A stretch of 64,000 nt of DNA from an uncultured bacterium. Lineage in GTDB: Bacteria; Omnitrophota; Omnitrophia; Omnitrophales; Aquincolibacteriaceae. The notes beneath the pieces are model-generated. The model saw nothing but the letters and a program-made list of their open reading frames with translations. It was not told the origin of the DNA and made no database searches. The stretch is from assembly GCA_964482725.1 (NCBI GenBank), contig CAYZYT010000005.1:88133-152132 (forward strand), written 5' to 3'. The stretch's first letter is position 1. Every line of letters starts with the position of its first letter. Shown piece after piece: positions 46,415 through 56,821 of this stretch. The translations under genes and the position numbers were made by a program.

Positions 46415-47460
46415 GACCGGTTCGTCCTGACAAAAGCATCTTGAAAAGGCCGGGCGACCTCGTGCCCGCGGAATTTTAAAAGCTGGGCTTGAGCATCCGC
46501 GGCCGTGTGAAATCCACCGATAAGGACCATGTAAAAAACCCGTCCGCTGGGCCGTGCGCTCTCCTTAACAAAAGCTCGAAAACCCGCGCTCTTCAAGGAT
46601 TTTACGATCGAATTGGCATCCTGCGCCGCGGGATAAGTCACGACCTGGATCACATACGATTCAGCAGCCAAAAGTGCGGGCTTCGAAGCCGTTCCTTCAG
46701 AAATGGTTTTTGCAGTTCGGATCGGCGCCGGTGTGATCACAACGGGGCGCTCTACCGCAGGCTTCGCCGGAACAACCGCTTCCACTACCTCGGGAGTTTT
46801 CACCGAAACCGCCTCTCCGGGAATCCGATACCGTGCACGCATCGCATCTTCCCTCTGAGAATTGAGCGCATTCACTCCCCAAAAAAGAAGGAAAACAACT
46901 AGGATCGCGGCCGCCCAATAGAAAACACGCCTTAGCGCGACCTGTTGGGGATCCCTCATAAACCTAAACAGCTCGCCCGCCGTTTCAGCGAACTTTTTCA
47001 AAAGCGCCAGGAACCCGCCCCCCTTATTTCCCGCGGGGCGATCGCCGCGAAAACGAGCGTGGGAATCCGAACTGAACGATACCGGAGAGGAATAAACGGG
47101 CTTCTTTTCAAAATCGCGAAGCGGTACATAGCGAGCCGTATGATCCGTAGGCTTTTGTTCCGGAGAAGCCTGTCGAGGAGGATAGTTCGCTTCGGACAAT
47201 ACATCTTTTTGAGCACTAAAAAGATCTGAAACATCCGTCTTCTCGGCTGAAGATTCTTTCGAAAAGAACGTCGGCGACGCGGGTTCCTTGGGCTGCTCCC
47301 GCCCCCCGGTCACAACAGGAGAGATCCCGTCGGAAAATTCGCCATAGAGTTTTTTTTGGATCTCGGATTCCGAAAGCACAGAAGATGACATTTCGGTGTT
47401 TTTTTTCTTGTTAAAAAGCCCCATGCTAGGCTTTCTCCTTCCGGGCATGGACATCTTCAC
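46411..47460 (-). CDS. SPOR domain membrane protein
   Basis: Single TM (VFYWAAAILVVFLLFWGV) and C-terminal YVIQVVTY...FYMVLIGGF...DAFV. Confidence 0.8.
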   Translation of the reverse strand: MKMSMPGRRKPSMGLFNKKKNTEMSSSVLSESEIQKKLYGEFSDGISPVVTGGREQPKEPASPTFFSKESSAEKTDVSDLFSAQKDVLSEANYPPRQASPEQKPTDHTARYVPLRDFEKKPVYSSPVSFSSDSHARFRGDRPAGNKGGGFLALLKKFAETAGELFRFMRDPQQVALRRVFYWAAAILVVFLLFWGVNALNSQREDAMRARYRIPGEAVSVKTPEVVEAVVPAKPAVERPVVITPAPIRTAKTISEGTASKPALLAAESYVIQVVTYPAAQDANSIVKSLKSAGFRAFVKESARPSGRVFYMVLIGGFHTAADAQAQLLKFRGHEVARPFQDAFVRTNRS

Positions 47461-47923
47461 GAAGACATAGCGACAGCTTGATCAGCTCGATGGGCCCCAG
47501 GACGATATGCGCCCGCTGAACAAAGCCATTCTTACGACAAAGATCTATCGCTCCCGACATCTTGGAGGTAGTCTTAAAAATAACTTCTTCGTACCCCATC
47601 TCACGGCAAAAATCGAGTGCGCGATCGATCAACTTCTTACCGATCTTCAGATTGCGATGCGTGGGGGCGACGAACAAACGACGGAGCAACGCGACGCGTC
47701 CATCCTCTTTCTTGATCGCAACGGTCCCCACCACTTGATGTGATTGATTATCCACCGCCACAAAGAACGCCTCCCCGATACCGCCGTAGGATTTTTCGAT
47801 ACACTCGACATCCTCTGTCGGATAAGCATGCTTGGCGTCATGGAACTCGCTGTCCATAATGCTGCTGATGAGATCGACCACTGCCGCATCATCATCTTTC
47901 ATGGATCTTCGGATCGTGATCAT
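47426..47923 (-). CDS. GNAT family N-acetyltransferase
   Basis: LRRLFVAPTHRNLKIGKKL acetyl-CoA-binding motif. Confidence 0.88.
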   Translation of the reverse strand: MITIRRSMKDDDAAVVDLISSIMDSEFHDAKHAYPTEDVECIEKSYGGIGEAFFVAVDNQSHQVVGTVAIKKEDGRVALLRRLFVAPTHRNLKIGKKLIDRALDFCREMGYEEVIFKTTSKMSGAIDLCRKNGFVQRAHIVLGPIELIKLSLCLREDVHARKEKA

Positions 47924-47944
47924 AAAGGGATCGATTGAGCTCCG

Positions 47945-48238
47945 TTAAGCTTTTTTGGAATCGCCGGCTGGTTTTCCAGCAGCCTTACCGGCGGGCTTCG
48001 CGGCGGCCGCGGGTGCTGCGGCGCCCGGAGCTGCGGCTCCGTCAGCAGCGCCTGCCTTCGCCTCTTTGACCTTCTTCATCTTGATCTTCTGGGACTTTAC
48101 TTTGGGAAGGTTGTAAGCCGTTCCACCCTCGGTCCACTTACCCATCTCTTGAAGCTTTTTAACGCGTTCGAGACGCTTGAAAACATTTCGGTGTTTGGCT
48201 CCGACACTGTCAGAACGCAAGCTAGGATGCTGGGACAT
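47945..48238 (-). CDS. PVC-superphylum small basic protein
   Basis: MSQHPSL...HRNVFKRLERVKKL...GKW...YNLPKVK matches the Chlamydiae/Verrucomicrobia/Planctomycetes small basic protein; RBS AAGGAG; Ala/Lys-rich tail. Confidence 0.85.
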   Translation of the reverse strand: MSQHPSLRSDSVGAKHRNVFKRLERVKKLQEMGKWTEGGTAYNLPKVKSQKIKMKKVKEAKAGAADGAAAPGAAAPAAAAKPAGKAAGKPAGDSKKA

Positions 48239-48380
48239 AAGACAATAAACTCCTTTGTTAGTACCGCGTTCCCTTTGATTCTAGGGGTTAACGATACACG
48301 ACTGCGAACTCTTAACCTCAACAGTAACGCAGCATTAGTGAATTGGATCGGCCCGAACAGTTGTGCTGTTGGAGGAGCGT

Positions 48381-48409
48381 ATTATACCGATGCAGAATGA
48401 AAATGGCTA
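48381..48409 (-). promoter_or_regulatory. Putative sigma70 promoter for the small basic protein gene
   Basis: Minus strand TAGCCA-17 bp-TATAAT. Confidence 0.4.
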
Positions 48410-48573
48410 GTCCCAATTCTTATCAATTTCAGCAAATCTGAAATTGGGGCAATCCTTGTTACCCTTATGGTAAAGAATGAAAAACAAGGATAGTCCCAAT
48501 TCTTATCAATTTCAGCAAATCTGAAATTGGGGCAATCCTTGTTACCCTTATGGTAAAGAATGAAAAACAAGGA
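48408..48573. repeat. Perfect 83-bp tandem duplication
   Basis: TAGTCCCAATTCTTATCAATTTCAGCAAATCTGAAATTGGGGCAATCC...AAACAAGGA at 48408-48490 and 48491-48573. Confidence 0.92.
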
Positions 48574-48634
48574 AAGCTGAAAAGCCTCGGAAAGATCTTA
48601 TTTTAAAGCGGCTTAAAAAAAGAATGAGACCGGA

Positions 48635-49282
48635 TCAGCGAACCATCGGCCTGACATAAGCGTCGCCAGAGACAAGCCCCTGACCTCTCAGTTGCTTGAG
48701 TATCTGGGTGGCATCCTGGCGCGACTGGAATGCCGCAATACAAACCTGGAGATGTTTGCCACTCGGGATCACGAAAGACGTATATCCCTTTTGAGAAAGT
48801 TTTTGGATCTCACGATCCGCGGCCGACTGGGTGATGTAGGTCACATGCTGGATCGTAAACTTTCCGTCAGGCTTCGCGACCTTCGCCACGGGCTTCGGCA
48901 ACTCCGGCACCGTGATCGGGACCTCTTGGGGGACCGACTCATCGATCACAGCCACCCCGGGGGTCTTCGCGACAGAAGCAACAACGGCCGGCGCAGATTC
49001 CTCCGGAAGAACTTCGGCCGCAGTCGAACGGATCACCTGACTCTCGCGCGAAGAAGACCACTTCCCCTTTTCAACGCCCCAGGAAAAGGTCAGCACATAA
49101 ACAACCAGGAGGACAAGAATGAGCCCGATCGCTTGATCGAGACGCAGCGTGATAAAGTTCTTTTCGAGAAAAGAAGTTTTTGGGACCGCGGGTTCTTCTG
49201 AAAGAGTGCGGGGTGATGGCAGATCAAATAATTCCGTTTGCATGATTGGTTCCTCCGTACAACTATTTACGACAAATTGCAC
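48635..49282 (-). CDS. SPOR domain membrane protein
   Basis: TM IGLILVLLVVYVLTFSWGVE; C-terminal FTIQHVTY...QVCIAAF...DAYVR; likely start MQTELF. Confidence 0.8.
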   Translation of the reverse strand: MQFVVNSCTEEPIMQTELFDLPSPRTLSEEPAVPKTSFLEKNFITLRLDQAIGLILVLLVVYVLTFSWGVEKGKWSSSRESQVIRSTAAEVLPEESAPAVVASVAKTPGVAVIDESVPQEVPITVPELPKPVAKVAKPDGKFTIQHVTYITQSAADREIQKLSQKGYTSFVIPSGKHLQVCIAAFQSRQDATQILKQLRGQGLVSGDAYVRPMVR

Positions 49283-49475
49283 GGAAGATTTAATTAAAAT
49301 TGGAGGGTGGCTGATGGAGGGAGGCTGACGTCACGCCCCTATTTCTTTGTTTTACTCCGTCCGCCCTCTTCCATCCCACTTTTACGGGTGATCTTGATTC
49401 GCTTGGATGGGCGGTCCGCTTACTTCGCCAGTTTAATCCGGCTAGGCGGCCCGTCTGAGAATCGACAAGGCTCGC

Positions 49476-50141
49476 CTACTTTGCAAGTTTGATACGTTGG
49501 GGCGGCCACCAGATCATGAAGGCCTTCCCCACCAGATCCTTTTTCGGAACGAATCCCCACTGACGGCTGTCGGCCGAATGAGCGGAATTGTCCCCCAACG
49601 CAAAATAGTGGCCCTCCGGCACCCGGATCACTTCGCCGGACTTGCCGAATTTCCAGTCCTCGACATTGTAATAGGTGTTCCCGGAGAACGGCAGCTCCGT
49701 CATCGGCTTCCCATTGACAAGCAGAATGCCTTTGCGTATCTCGAGCGTTTCTCCCGGAAGCCCCGCAAGACGTTTCACGAAATCTTTTTTCCGATCCAGC
49801 GGATACTTGAACACGATGATATCCCCGCGCTCGGGAGCATGGAAACGATAACTCAACTTATCAACGAAGATCTTGTCCTCTTCCATAAAAGTCGGCTTCA
49901 TGGACCCTGTCGGGATCTTGTAGGGCCCAAAAATGAAGGTGCGGATAAAAATGGCGAGGATGGCCGCGATCAGGAGCGGCTCACCCCAGTTCTTCCATTT
50001 TTCGAAAAGCCACTTCCGGGGCTCAGCCCGGGCAAACCGCCACTCATGGGCAAGCTTGGCCCGGTACATATAGGCCAGCACGCCTGCCACCGGCAGGAGC
50101 CAAAAATATTTCCGAAGGAGCTGAACAGGATTCCATTCCAT
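49476..50141 (-). CDS. lepB: Signal peptidase I
   Basis: IPTGSMKPT, FVKRLAG, GDNSAHSADSRQWG; follows lepA. Confidence 0.95.
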   Translation of the reverse strand: MEWNPVQLLRKYFWLLPVAGVLAYMYRAKLAHEWRFARAEPRKWLFEKWKNWGEPLLIAAILAIFIRTFIFGPYKIPTGSMKPTFMEEDKIFVDKLSYRFHAPERGDIIVFKYPLDRKKDFVKRLAGLPGETLEIRKGILLVNGKPMTELPFSGNTYYNVEDWKFGKSGEVIRVPEGHYFALGDNSAHSADSRQWGFVPKKDLVGKAFMIWWPPQRIKLAK

Positions 50142-50142
50142 A

Positions 50143-51963
50143 TTATTCCACCTTTAAGATGCTGATGAACGCCTCTTGGGGAAGATCGACCTTCCCGATC
50201 TTTTTCATGCGCTTCTTCCCTTCCTTCTGCTTCTCCCAGAGCTTGCGCTTGCGCGTGATGTCGCCACCATAGCACTTGGCCGTCACGTTCTTCTTGATCG
50301 CCGCGATCGAATCGCGCGCAATAATCTTCGCCCCGATCGCCGCCTGGATCACAACTTCAAACATCTGCTTCGGGATCACTTCCTTGAGCTTCTCCACGAG
50401 CGCCTTGCCGCGCGGATACGCTTTTTCCTTCCAAGTGATGATTGCAAGCGCATCAACAGGCTCCCCGTTGATCAGGATATCCATCTTGACGAGTTCTGAC
50501 GGCTTGTGGCCGATGAATTCATAATTAAGCGATCCATAACCCGCCGTAAGCGACTTGATCTTATCATAAAAATCCATGACGACCTCGGAGAACGGGATCT
50601 CATAGGTCAGCACCGCCCGCGTCGCGTCGAGATATTCTGTGCTCTTATAGGTACCGCGGCGATCCTGGCAAAGCTGCATGATCACCCCGAGCGCGGTGGA
50701 CGGGACCATCACATGAGCGCGGATATACGGCTCCTCAATAATTTCGATCTTCTGAACGTCCGGCAGATCGGTGGGATTCTCGATATCGAGGATCTCCCCT
50801 TTGGTGGTCAGCACTTTATACCGGACGTTCGGTGCGGTGATAATAAGCTGGAGATTAAATTCGCGCTCGAGCCGCTCCTTGATGATATCCATATGGAGAA
50901 GTCCGAGGAATCCGCAGCGGAATCCGTGCCCAAGCGACGCCGAGGATTCCGGCTCATAAACGAACGAAGAATCGTTCAGCCGGAGTTTCGCGAGCGCCTC
51001 CCGGAGGAGCGCAAAATCATTGGCCTGGATCGGGTAGAGGCCGCAGAAAACCATCGGCTTCACGTCCTGGTACCCCGGCAAAGCCTCCGCGGCGGGATTC
51101 AGGGCCAGCGTCATCGTATCCCCGATCTTCACATCCGCGATATCCTTGATATTCGCATGCACGTAGCCGACGGCTCCGGCACCCAGCTCATCGACGGCTT
51201 CCGGGTTCGGATTAAAAATGCCGATCTGATCGACTTCGTGCTGATGCCCTGTCTGCATCATCAGGACCTGATCGTGCGTCCGGAGCTTCCCGTCAATAAT
51301 ACGGAAATACGCCACGACGCCTTGGTAGCTGTCAAACTTGGAATCGAAAATAAGGGCCCTCAAGGGCTTGTCGATATCCCCCTGCGGCGGCGGGATCTTG
51401 TCGATGATAGCCTTCAGGATCTCCTCGGTACCTTCCCCGGTCTTGGCGCTCGAAAAAATGATCTCTTTTTCATCCACGCCTAAAAAATCCACGATCTCTT
51501 TCTTGACCCGCTCCGGCTCTGCGGTCGGAAGATCGATCTTGGTCACGATCGGAATGATCTTGAGGTTGCGTTCCATGGCCAGATAAAGGTTCGTCACCGT
51601 CTGCGCCTGGATCCCCTGCCCGGCATCCACCAGGAGGAGAACGCCCTCGCAGGCCGCGAGGCTTTTGGAAACCTCGTAAGTAAAATCGATATGGCCCGGC
51701 GTGTCGATCAGGTTGAGCCAGTGCCCTTTGTAATGAATACGCACCGCACGAGCTTTGATCGTGATGCCGCGCTCGCGCTCCAGCTCCATATCATCAAGGA
51801 TCTGGTCGCGGAACTCACGTTTGGTGATCGCGCCCGTATCCAATAGCAGGCGGTCGGCAAGTGTGGATTTCCCATGATCAATATGCGCGATGATGGAGAA
51901 ATTACGAATTTTGGAGGGATTCACCCCGTTAGAACCACCGCTCTGATTGGAGCTCTCTGCCAC
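50143..51963 (-). CDS. lepA: Elongation factor 4
   Basis: IRNFSIIAHIDHGKSTLADR, GFRCGFLGLLH, KCYGGDITRKRKL. Confidence 0.98.
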   Translation of the reverse strand: MAESSNQSGGSNGVNPSKIRNFSIIAHIDHGKSTLADRLLLDTGAITKREFRDQILDDMELERERGITIKARAVRIHYKGHWLNLIDTPGHIDFTYEVSKSLAACEGVLLLVDAGQGIQAQTVTNLYLAMERNLKIIPIVTKIDLPTAEPERVKKEIVDFLGVDEKEIIFSSAKTGEGTEEILKAIIDKIPPPQGDIDKPLRALIFDSKFDSYQGVVAYFRIIDGKLRTHDQVLMMQTGHQHEVDQIGIFNPNPEAVDELGAGAVGYVHANIKDIADVKIGDTMTLALNPAAEALPGYQDVKPMVFCGLYPIQANDFALLREALAKLRLNDSSFVYEPESSASLGHGFRCGFLGLLHMDIIKERLEREFNLQLIITAPNVRYKVLTTKGEILDIENPTDLPDVQKIEIIEEPYIRAHVMVPSTALGVIMQLCQDRRGTYKSTEYLDATRAVLTYEIPFSEVVMDFYDKIKSLTAGYGSLNYEFIGHKPSELVKMDILINGEPVDALAIITWKEKAYPRGKALVEKLKEVIPKQMFEVVIQAAIGAKIIARDSIAAIKKNVTAKCYGGDITRKRKLWEKQKEGKKRMKKIGKVDLPQEAFISILKVE

Positions 51964-52030
51964 CTTAAAAATCCTTTTGTTAAATGAAACGAATTAAACC
52001 GCTGGAAAGTCTAGTTTCTAACGGGGTCCA

Positions 52031-52681
52031 TCAGAATTTCTTGAAGATCTCACGGAATTCATGAACGGCCTTCGCGCGATCGGCTTTTCCGAAAACGGCG
52101 CTTCCCGCGACCAGAATATCGGCACCGGCCTCAAGCGCTTGGGAAGCATTCCCGACCCCGATACCGCCATCCACGGAAATAAGTCCCTGAAACTTTGAAC
52201 GCAGGACCTTGACCTTGTCCATCATCTCCGGCATGAACGACTGTCCACCGAACCCCGGCTCCACCGACATCACAAGAACAAGGTCCAACTCCGGAAGATA
52301 AGGAAATAGCGTTTCGACAGCGGTCTTTGGCCGGAGCGAAAGCCCCGCCTTGGCGCCCGATTCCCTGATCTTTTTAAGCAATCCGTGGATATCATTTTCC
52401 GCCTCCACATGGACCGTGATCCAGTCCGCGCCGGCCTTGCGGAATTCGGCAATATAGCGGGACGGCGTATCGATCATCAAATGGACATCGAGAGGAATCT
52501 CTGTCACCCGGTGAAGTGCGGCCACCACGAGCGGCCCGATCGTAAGATTCGGCACAAAATGCCCGTCCATCACGTCGATATGGAGCGCATCACAACCGGC
52601 TTTTTCCACATCCCGGACTTCCTCAGCTAAGCGACTGAAATCCGCGGACAACAAACTCGGTGCGATCATGATTTTTTTCAC
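52031..52681 (-). CDS. rpe: Ribulose-phosphate 3-epimerase
   Basis: IAPSLLSADF, HIDVMDGHFVPN, MSVEPGFGGQ, VDGGI. Confidence 0.97.
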   Translation of the reverse strand: MKKIMIAPSLLSADFSRLAEEVRDVEKAGCDALHIDVMDGHFVPNLTIGPLVVAALHRVTEIPLDVHLMIDTPSRYIAEFRKAGADWITVHVEAENDIHGLLKKIRESGAKAGLSLRPKTAVETLFPYLPELDLVLVMSVEPGFGGQSFMPEMMDKVKVLRSKFQGLISVDGGIGVGNASQALEAGADILVAGSAVFGKADRAKAVHEFREIFKKF

Positions 52682-52713
52682 GGCTTTCTCCTTTTAATAT
52701 CCAGAAAAACAAC

Positions 52714-52804
52714 CGTCATCCTGAGCGGAGCGAAGGATCTCGCTTCGAGATTCTTCGCCTGATTTCCCGCCTCTGCCGGGACAAGCATCAGTCTCAGAAT
52801 GACG
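52714..52804. repeat. Palindromic REP/MITE-like intergenic element
   Basis: CGTCATCCTGAG...CGAAGGATCTCG / CGAGATTCTTCG...CTCAGAATGACG nested inverted repeats. Confidence 0.7.
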
Positions 52805-52820
52805 TATTTGTTAAAGCCTC

Positions 52821-54101
52821 TTACGCTCCATCAATTACAAGATTTTTTGTGATCTCACGCTGCATCTTTTCAGGCACCGGCCCAATGAGCGAAAGATTCA
52901 GATTCCCCGTCCTGAAGATCCCTTGCGCAACGCGTTGAATATCCTCCATCGTCGTCGTCTCGATCTGGCGACGGATCTCCGCCTTATCCGGCAATTCCCC
53001 GGAACAAAGCGCTTTTTCGCCCGTCCAAAGCAAATGATCGAGCGTGTCTTCCACGCCCATCGAAACCTGACTCATAAAATAATCTTTCGCGCGACGGAGC
53101 TCGTCCGGCTTCACAAAACTTTTCCGCACTTTCGCGAGCTCTTTCAGGATCACCGCCACGGCACGCACGGTCTTTTTCGTTTCGACCCCAGCGGACACCG
53201 TAAAAGCCCCGGCATCCTGATAACCCGAAATGCCAGATTTGATCTCGTACGCCAAACCACGTTTTTCGCGGACTTCTTCGAAAAGACGGCTCGACATGTT
53301 CGCCCCTAGCATCACATGAAGAAGCCCCAGTTTGTAGCGGTCCGGATGCATGCGCGGCAGGGCGTGAAGCCCGATCACCAGATGCGTCTGCTCGGTCGCT
53401 TTCTCGTAGAAATGCGTGCGCGGCTTCGTCTGAGCGCTTTTGGCCGGAACAAACGCGGAAGGTTTCTCGGCTTTGCGTGTTTTATAGATATCCGCCACGC
53501 GCGCCAAAACCTCCTCGTGGTCCACATCGCCGGAGACCGAAACCAGGATATTGCTGTTATGGTAATAATCCTTCATGTATTTTCGAAGGTCGGTGCGTGA
53601 CATCCCGGAAACTGTCTCCGGAGTACCGGCCAGCGTTCTCCCCAACGGCTGGTCCGGCCACAGAAGCTCCCCCATCAGATCATGCACATGGTGGGCCGGC
53701 ACATCTCGATACATTTTGATCTCTTCAAGGATCACGGTCCTCTCCTTGGCAAGCTCATCCGCCGGAACGGTCGAATGAAGCACCATGTCGGAAAGAACGT
53801 CGAGCGCCCGCGGATAATATTGCTTCAGAAGCTTTGCGAAATAACAGGTCATCTCCTCGCCAGTGAACGCATTCAGGACCCCACCCACGCCCTCGATCTC
53901 TTCCTTGATCCGGCGCGTATTCCGCGTCGGTGTGCCCTTAAACATCATATGTTCCAGGTAATGCGAGATCCCCGAGATCTTCTTGGATTCATAGCGGCCC
54001 CCGGCCTTCACCCATATCGCCACAGCCGCCGACTCGCGATTGGACATCGGCACGGTTAAAACCCGGAGTCCATTTTCCAATGTCGTTAAATTATAACTCA
54101 T
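52821..54101 (-). CDS. M16 family (pitrilysin-like) zinc peptidase
   Basis: HYLEHMMFKGT, NAFT, SSRLFEEVREKRGLAY. Confidence 0.95.
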   Translation of the reverse strand: MSYNLTTLENGLRVLTVPMSNRESAAVAIWVKAGGRYESKKISGISHYLEHMMFKGTPTRNTRRIKEEIEGVGGVLNAFTGEEMTCYFAKLLKQYYPRALDVLSDMVLHSTVPADELAKERTVILEEIKMYRDVPAHHVHDLMGELLWPDQPLGRTLAGTPETVSGMSRTDLRKYMKDYYHNSNILVSVSGDVDHEEVLARVADIYKTRKAEKPSAFVPAKSAQTKPRTHFYEKATEQTHLVIGLHALPRMHPDRYKLGLLHVMLGANMSSRLFEEVREKRGLAYEIKSGISGYQDAGAFTVSAGVETKKTVRAVAVILKELAKVRKSFVKPDELRRAKDYFMSQVSMGVEDTLDHLLWTGEKALCSGELPDKAEIRRQIETTTMEDIQRVAQGIFRTGNLNLSLIGPVPEKMQREITKNLVIDGA

Positions 54102-54232
54102 CCTTAAACCTTTGCTGTTTGTTGCGTTGTCCGGCTACGGTAACGATATCCGTTTCGTCTTACGGTTAGGGCCTTACAGCTTCAAGCCGCGACCTAACCC
54201 CGTGACCGATGCGGGCTTCGTAGCCGTTGCTG

Positions 54233-54658
54233 TTACAGATTCGCTGTCTGACAATCCAAATAGTTCTGCAGTATTCTCTGTGCTGCCAGCTGATCGATCA
54301 CTTCTTTCCGTCTGTCTCGTCTTACATCCGCCGAGATCAGCATCCGCTCGACTTCCTTCGACGAAAGCCGTTCGTCCCACATCACCATCGGCACCGTGAT
54401 CCGCGACTGGTACCACTCGACTTCCTGGACCCGCTTCGTAGCCGCGATCCCCATCTCACCCTTCATCGTGATAGGAAGCCCGACCACGACCTTCTCCGCC
54501 TTGTGCTCAAGGATCAACTTCTTGATCTCGGCCAGCACCTGCTCCCGGCCCCGCACCTCGATCGTTTTCACCGGAAACGCCATCGTGGTCCCGGCCGGCA
54601 CGAACGCCACCCCGATCCTTTTTTCCCCGAGATCAAGTCCGAGCAGCGCGCCGCTCAT
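54233..54658 (-). CDS. ruvX: YqgF/RuvX RNase H-fold nuclease
   Basis: LGLDLGEKRIGVA, VVGLP, WDERLSS, IDQLAAQRILQNYLD. Confidence 0.95.
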   Translation of the reverse strand: MSGALLGLDLGEKRIGVAFVPAGTTMAFPVKTIEVRGREQVLAEIKKLILEHKAEKVVVGLPITMKGEMGIAATKRVQEVEWYQSRITVPMVMWDERLSSKEVERMLISADVRRDRRKEVIDQLAAQRILQNYLDCQTANL

Positions 54659-55461
54659 GCCCCGTGTACCGCACGAGCCATCGTTTCAATAAAGCGTTCA
54701 GCGGCGGGGACGCCCTTCTTCAGATGATTGATCACGGCACTTCCGACGATCACGCCGTCCGCCATGCGGGAGATATCCCGCGCCTGATCCGGCGTGGAGA
54801 TCCCGAAACCTGCCAGGACCGGCTTCGCGGTCATGCGCTTTAATTTCAAAAGATGGGCCTTTAGGTCCGAGGGCACCGCCTTCCGTGCGCCCGTCACTCC
54901 CCGGAGCGAGACATAATAGATGAATCCTTGCGACTTCCCTACAAGCATCTTCGCCCGTTTGTCCTTGGTCGTCGGAGCAACGAGCTGCACCATGTGCAGC
55001 TTTTGCTTCCGGCATGCTTTCTGGAACTCCGGCTCTTCTTCCGGAGGAAGATCCGGAATGATCAATCCATCCAACCCGGCAGCCCGCGCATCACGAGCAA
55101 AATCGATAGCACCGTAGGAGAAGACCGGGTTGAAATATCCGAAAAAAACGACCGGGATTTTACAACCTTTTTGACGAAGCCGGCGCACGAGCGCGAACGC
55201 GTCCTTGATCGAAACATTTTTCTTTATGGCCTGCTCTGAGGAATACTGGATCGTCGGTCCGTCCGCGAGCGGGTCGGAGAACGGGAAACCCAGCTCTAGG
55301 ATATCCACTCCGGCTGCGGCCGAGGAAAGGATCAGACGCTCCGTCGCAGCAAGGCTCGGATACCCCAGCGTAAGGAAGACGCAAAAAAGCTTCTTCCCTT
55401 GTTGATGGGTTTGTTTGATCCGTTCAGACAACAAGTTTTTCAACGATTTTTTCCCTTTCAC
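54655..55461 (-). CDS. trpA: Tryptophan synthase alpha chain
   Basis: LELGFPFSDPLADGPTIQ, PDLPPEE, GVTG, GFGIST, DGVIVGSA. Confidence 0.97.
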   Translation of the reverse strand: MKGKKSLKNLLSERIKQTHQQGKKLFCVFLTLGYPSLAATERLILSSAAAGVDILELGFPFSDPLADGPTIQYSSEQAIKKNVSIKDAFALVRRLRQKGCKIPVVFFGYFNPVFSYGAIDFARDARAAGLDGLIIPDLPPEEEPEFQKACRKQKLHMVQLVAPTTKDKRAKMLVGKSQGFIYYVSLRGVTGARKAVPSDLKAHLLKLKRMTAKPVLAGFGISTPDQARDISRMADGVIVGSAVINHLKKGVPAAERFIETMARAVHGA

Positions 55462-55534
55462 ATTTCGGACTATAGACCACAGACACGAGACAAGAGAAAA
55501 AATGTCGCTAGTCTGTGGTCTCTGGTCTGTAGTC

Positions 55535-56761
55535 TCAGAGGTATTTCTGCACCGTATGAATGTCTTTATCGCCGCGGCCGGAAAGACACACGATCACGAT
55601 ATCGTTTTTCTTTATTCTAGGCATGAGCTTCGGAAGATAACCCAGCGCGTGCGCAGGCTCGAGCGCCGGCATGATTCCTTCAAGCTTTGTTAATAGATCG
55701 AATCCCTTGAGCGCGTCCTTGTCCGTCACGGCTTGATAGTCCACGCGTCCCGAATCTTTCAAATACGAATGCTCCGGCCCCACGGACGGATAATCCAGAC
55801 CCGCCGAGATCGAATGCGCCAACTGCACCTGGCCGTTCTTGTCCTGAAGCAAATAACTCTTCATGCCATGCAAAATGCCGGGCCTTCCCTTCGTGATCGA
55901 TGCCGCGTGATGCGCGGTGTTCACCCCTTCGCCGGCCGCTTCGATCCCAAGAATGCGAACATTCCGATCCTTAAGGAACGGATGGAAAAACCCCATGGAG
56001 TTACTGCCACCGCCGACACAGGCTAAAAGATAATTCGGGAGACGCCCGACGGCCTTGACGATCTGCCGTCGCGTTTCCGTTCCGATCACTTCCTGAAAAT
56101 CGCGTACCATCCCCGGATAAGGATGCGGCCCCACGACTGAGCCCAACAGATAATGCGTGTCCTCCACATTCGTGACCCAATCCCGAATGGCTTCGTTCGT
56201 CGCGTCCTTCAGGGTCTTCGATCCCGAATGGACCGGCCGCACTTCCGCGCCCAGCAGCTTCATCTTGTAAACATTCAGGGCCTGGCGCTCGATATCCACC
56301 GCGCCCATGTAGACCACGCACTTGAGCCCGAACACGCAGGCCGCCGTCGCGGACGCAACGCCATGCTGCCCGGCCCCGGTTTCGGCCACAAGACGCGTTT
56401 TCCCGAGCCGTTTGGCCAAAAGCCCCTGGGCAAGCGTGTTATTGATCTTGTGAGCGCCGGTGTGGAGAAGGTCTTCGCGCTTCAGGAAGATCCTTCCGCG
56501 GCCAAAATGCGCGGAGAGATTTTTCGCTTCATAAAGAGGGGTTGGACGTCCGGCGTAGTTCTCGAGATAAGAACGCAATTCTTCCCGGAACTTCTTATCG
56601 CCTTTGATCGACTGATAAGCCGCGGTCAATTCTTCGCAGGCCTTCACAAGCGTTTCGGGAACATAGCGTCCGCCATAAGGACCGAAATGACCTTTCGCGT
56701 CTGGAACCTTTTTTATTCCTCCCGAAAAGCAACGCTGTCTTACACAAGGCTTCAATGTCAA
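55535..56761 (-). CDS. trpB: Tryptophan synthase beta chain
   Basis: [41 protein letters not shown]. Confidence 0.98.
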   Translation of the reverse strand: MTLKPCVRQRCFSGGIKKVPDAKGHFGPYGGRYVPETLVKACEELTAAYQSIKGDKKFREELRSYLENYAGRPTPLYEAKNLSAHFGRGRIFLKREDLLHTGAHKINNTLAQGLLAKRLGKTRLVAETGAGQHGVASATAACVFGLKCVVYMGAVDIERQALNVYKMKLLGAEVRPVHSGSKTLKDATNEAIRDWVTNVEDTHYLLGSVVGPHPYPGMVRDFQEVIGTETRRQIVKAVGRLPNYLLACVGGGSNSMGFFHPFLKDRNVRILGIEAAGEGVNTAHHAASITKGRPGILHGMKSYLLQDKNGQVQLAHSISAGLDYPSVGPEHSYLKDSGRVDYQAVTDKDALKGFDLLTKLEGIMPALEPAHALGYLPKLMPRIKKNDIVIVCLSGRGDKDIHTVQKYL

Positions 56762-56821
56762 AATCCTCTCAGAGACCGGTCCGCAGCAACTGTCACGAAA
56801 TTTGATCTTCTAACGCGGGGT

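Noticed and set aside
48408-48573. Possible CRISPR array
   Set aside because: Only two identical 83-bp units, no unique spacers and no cas genes.
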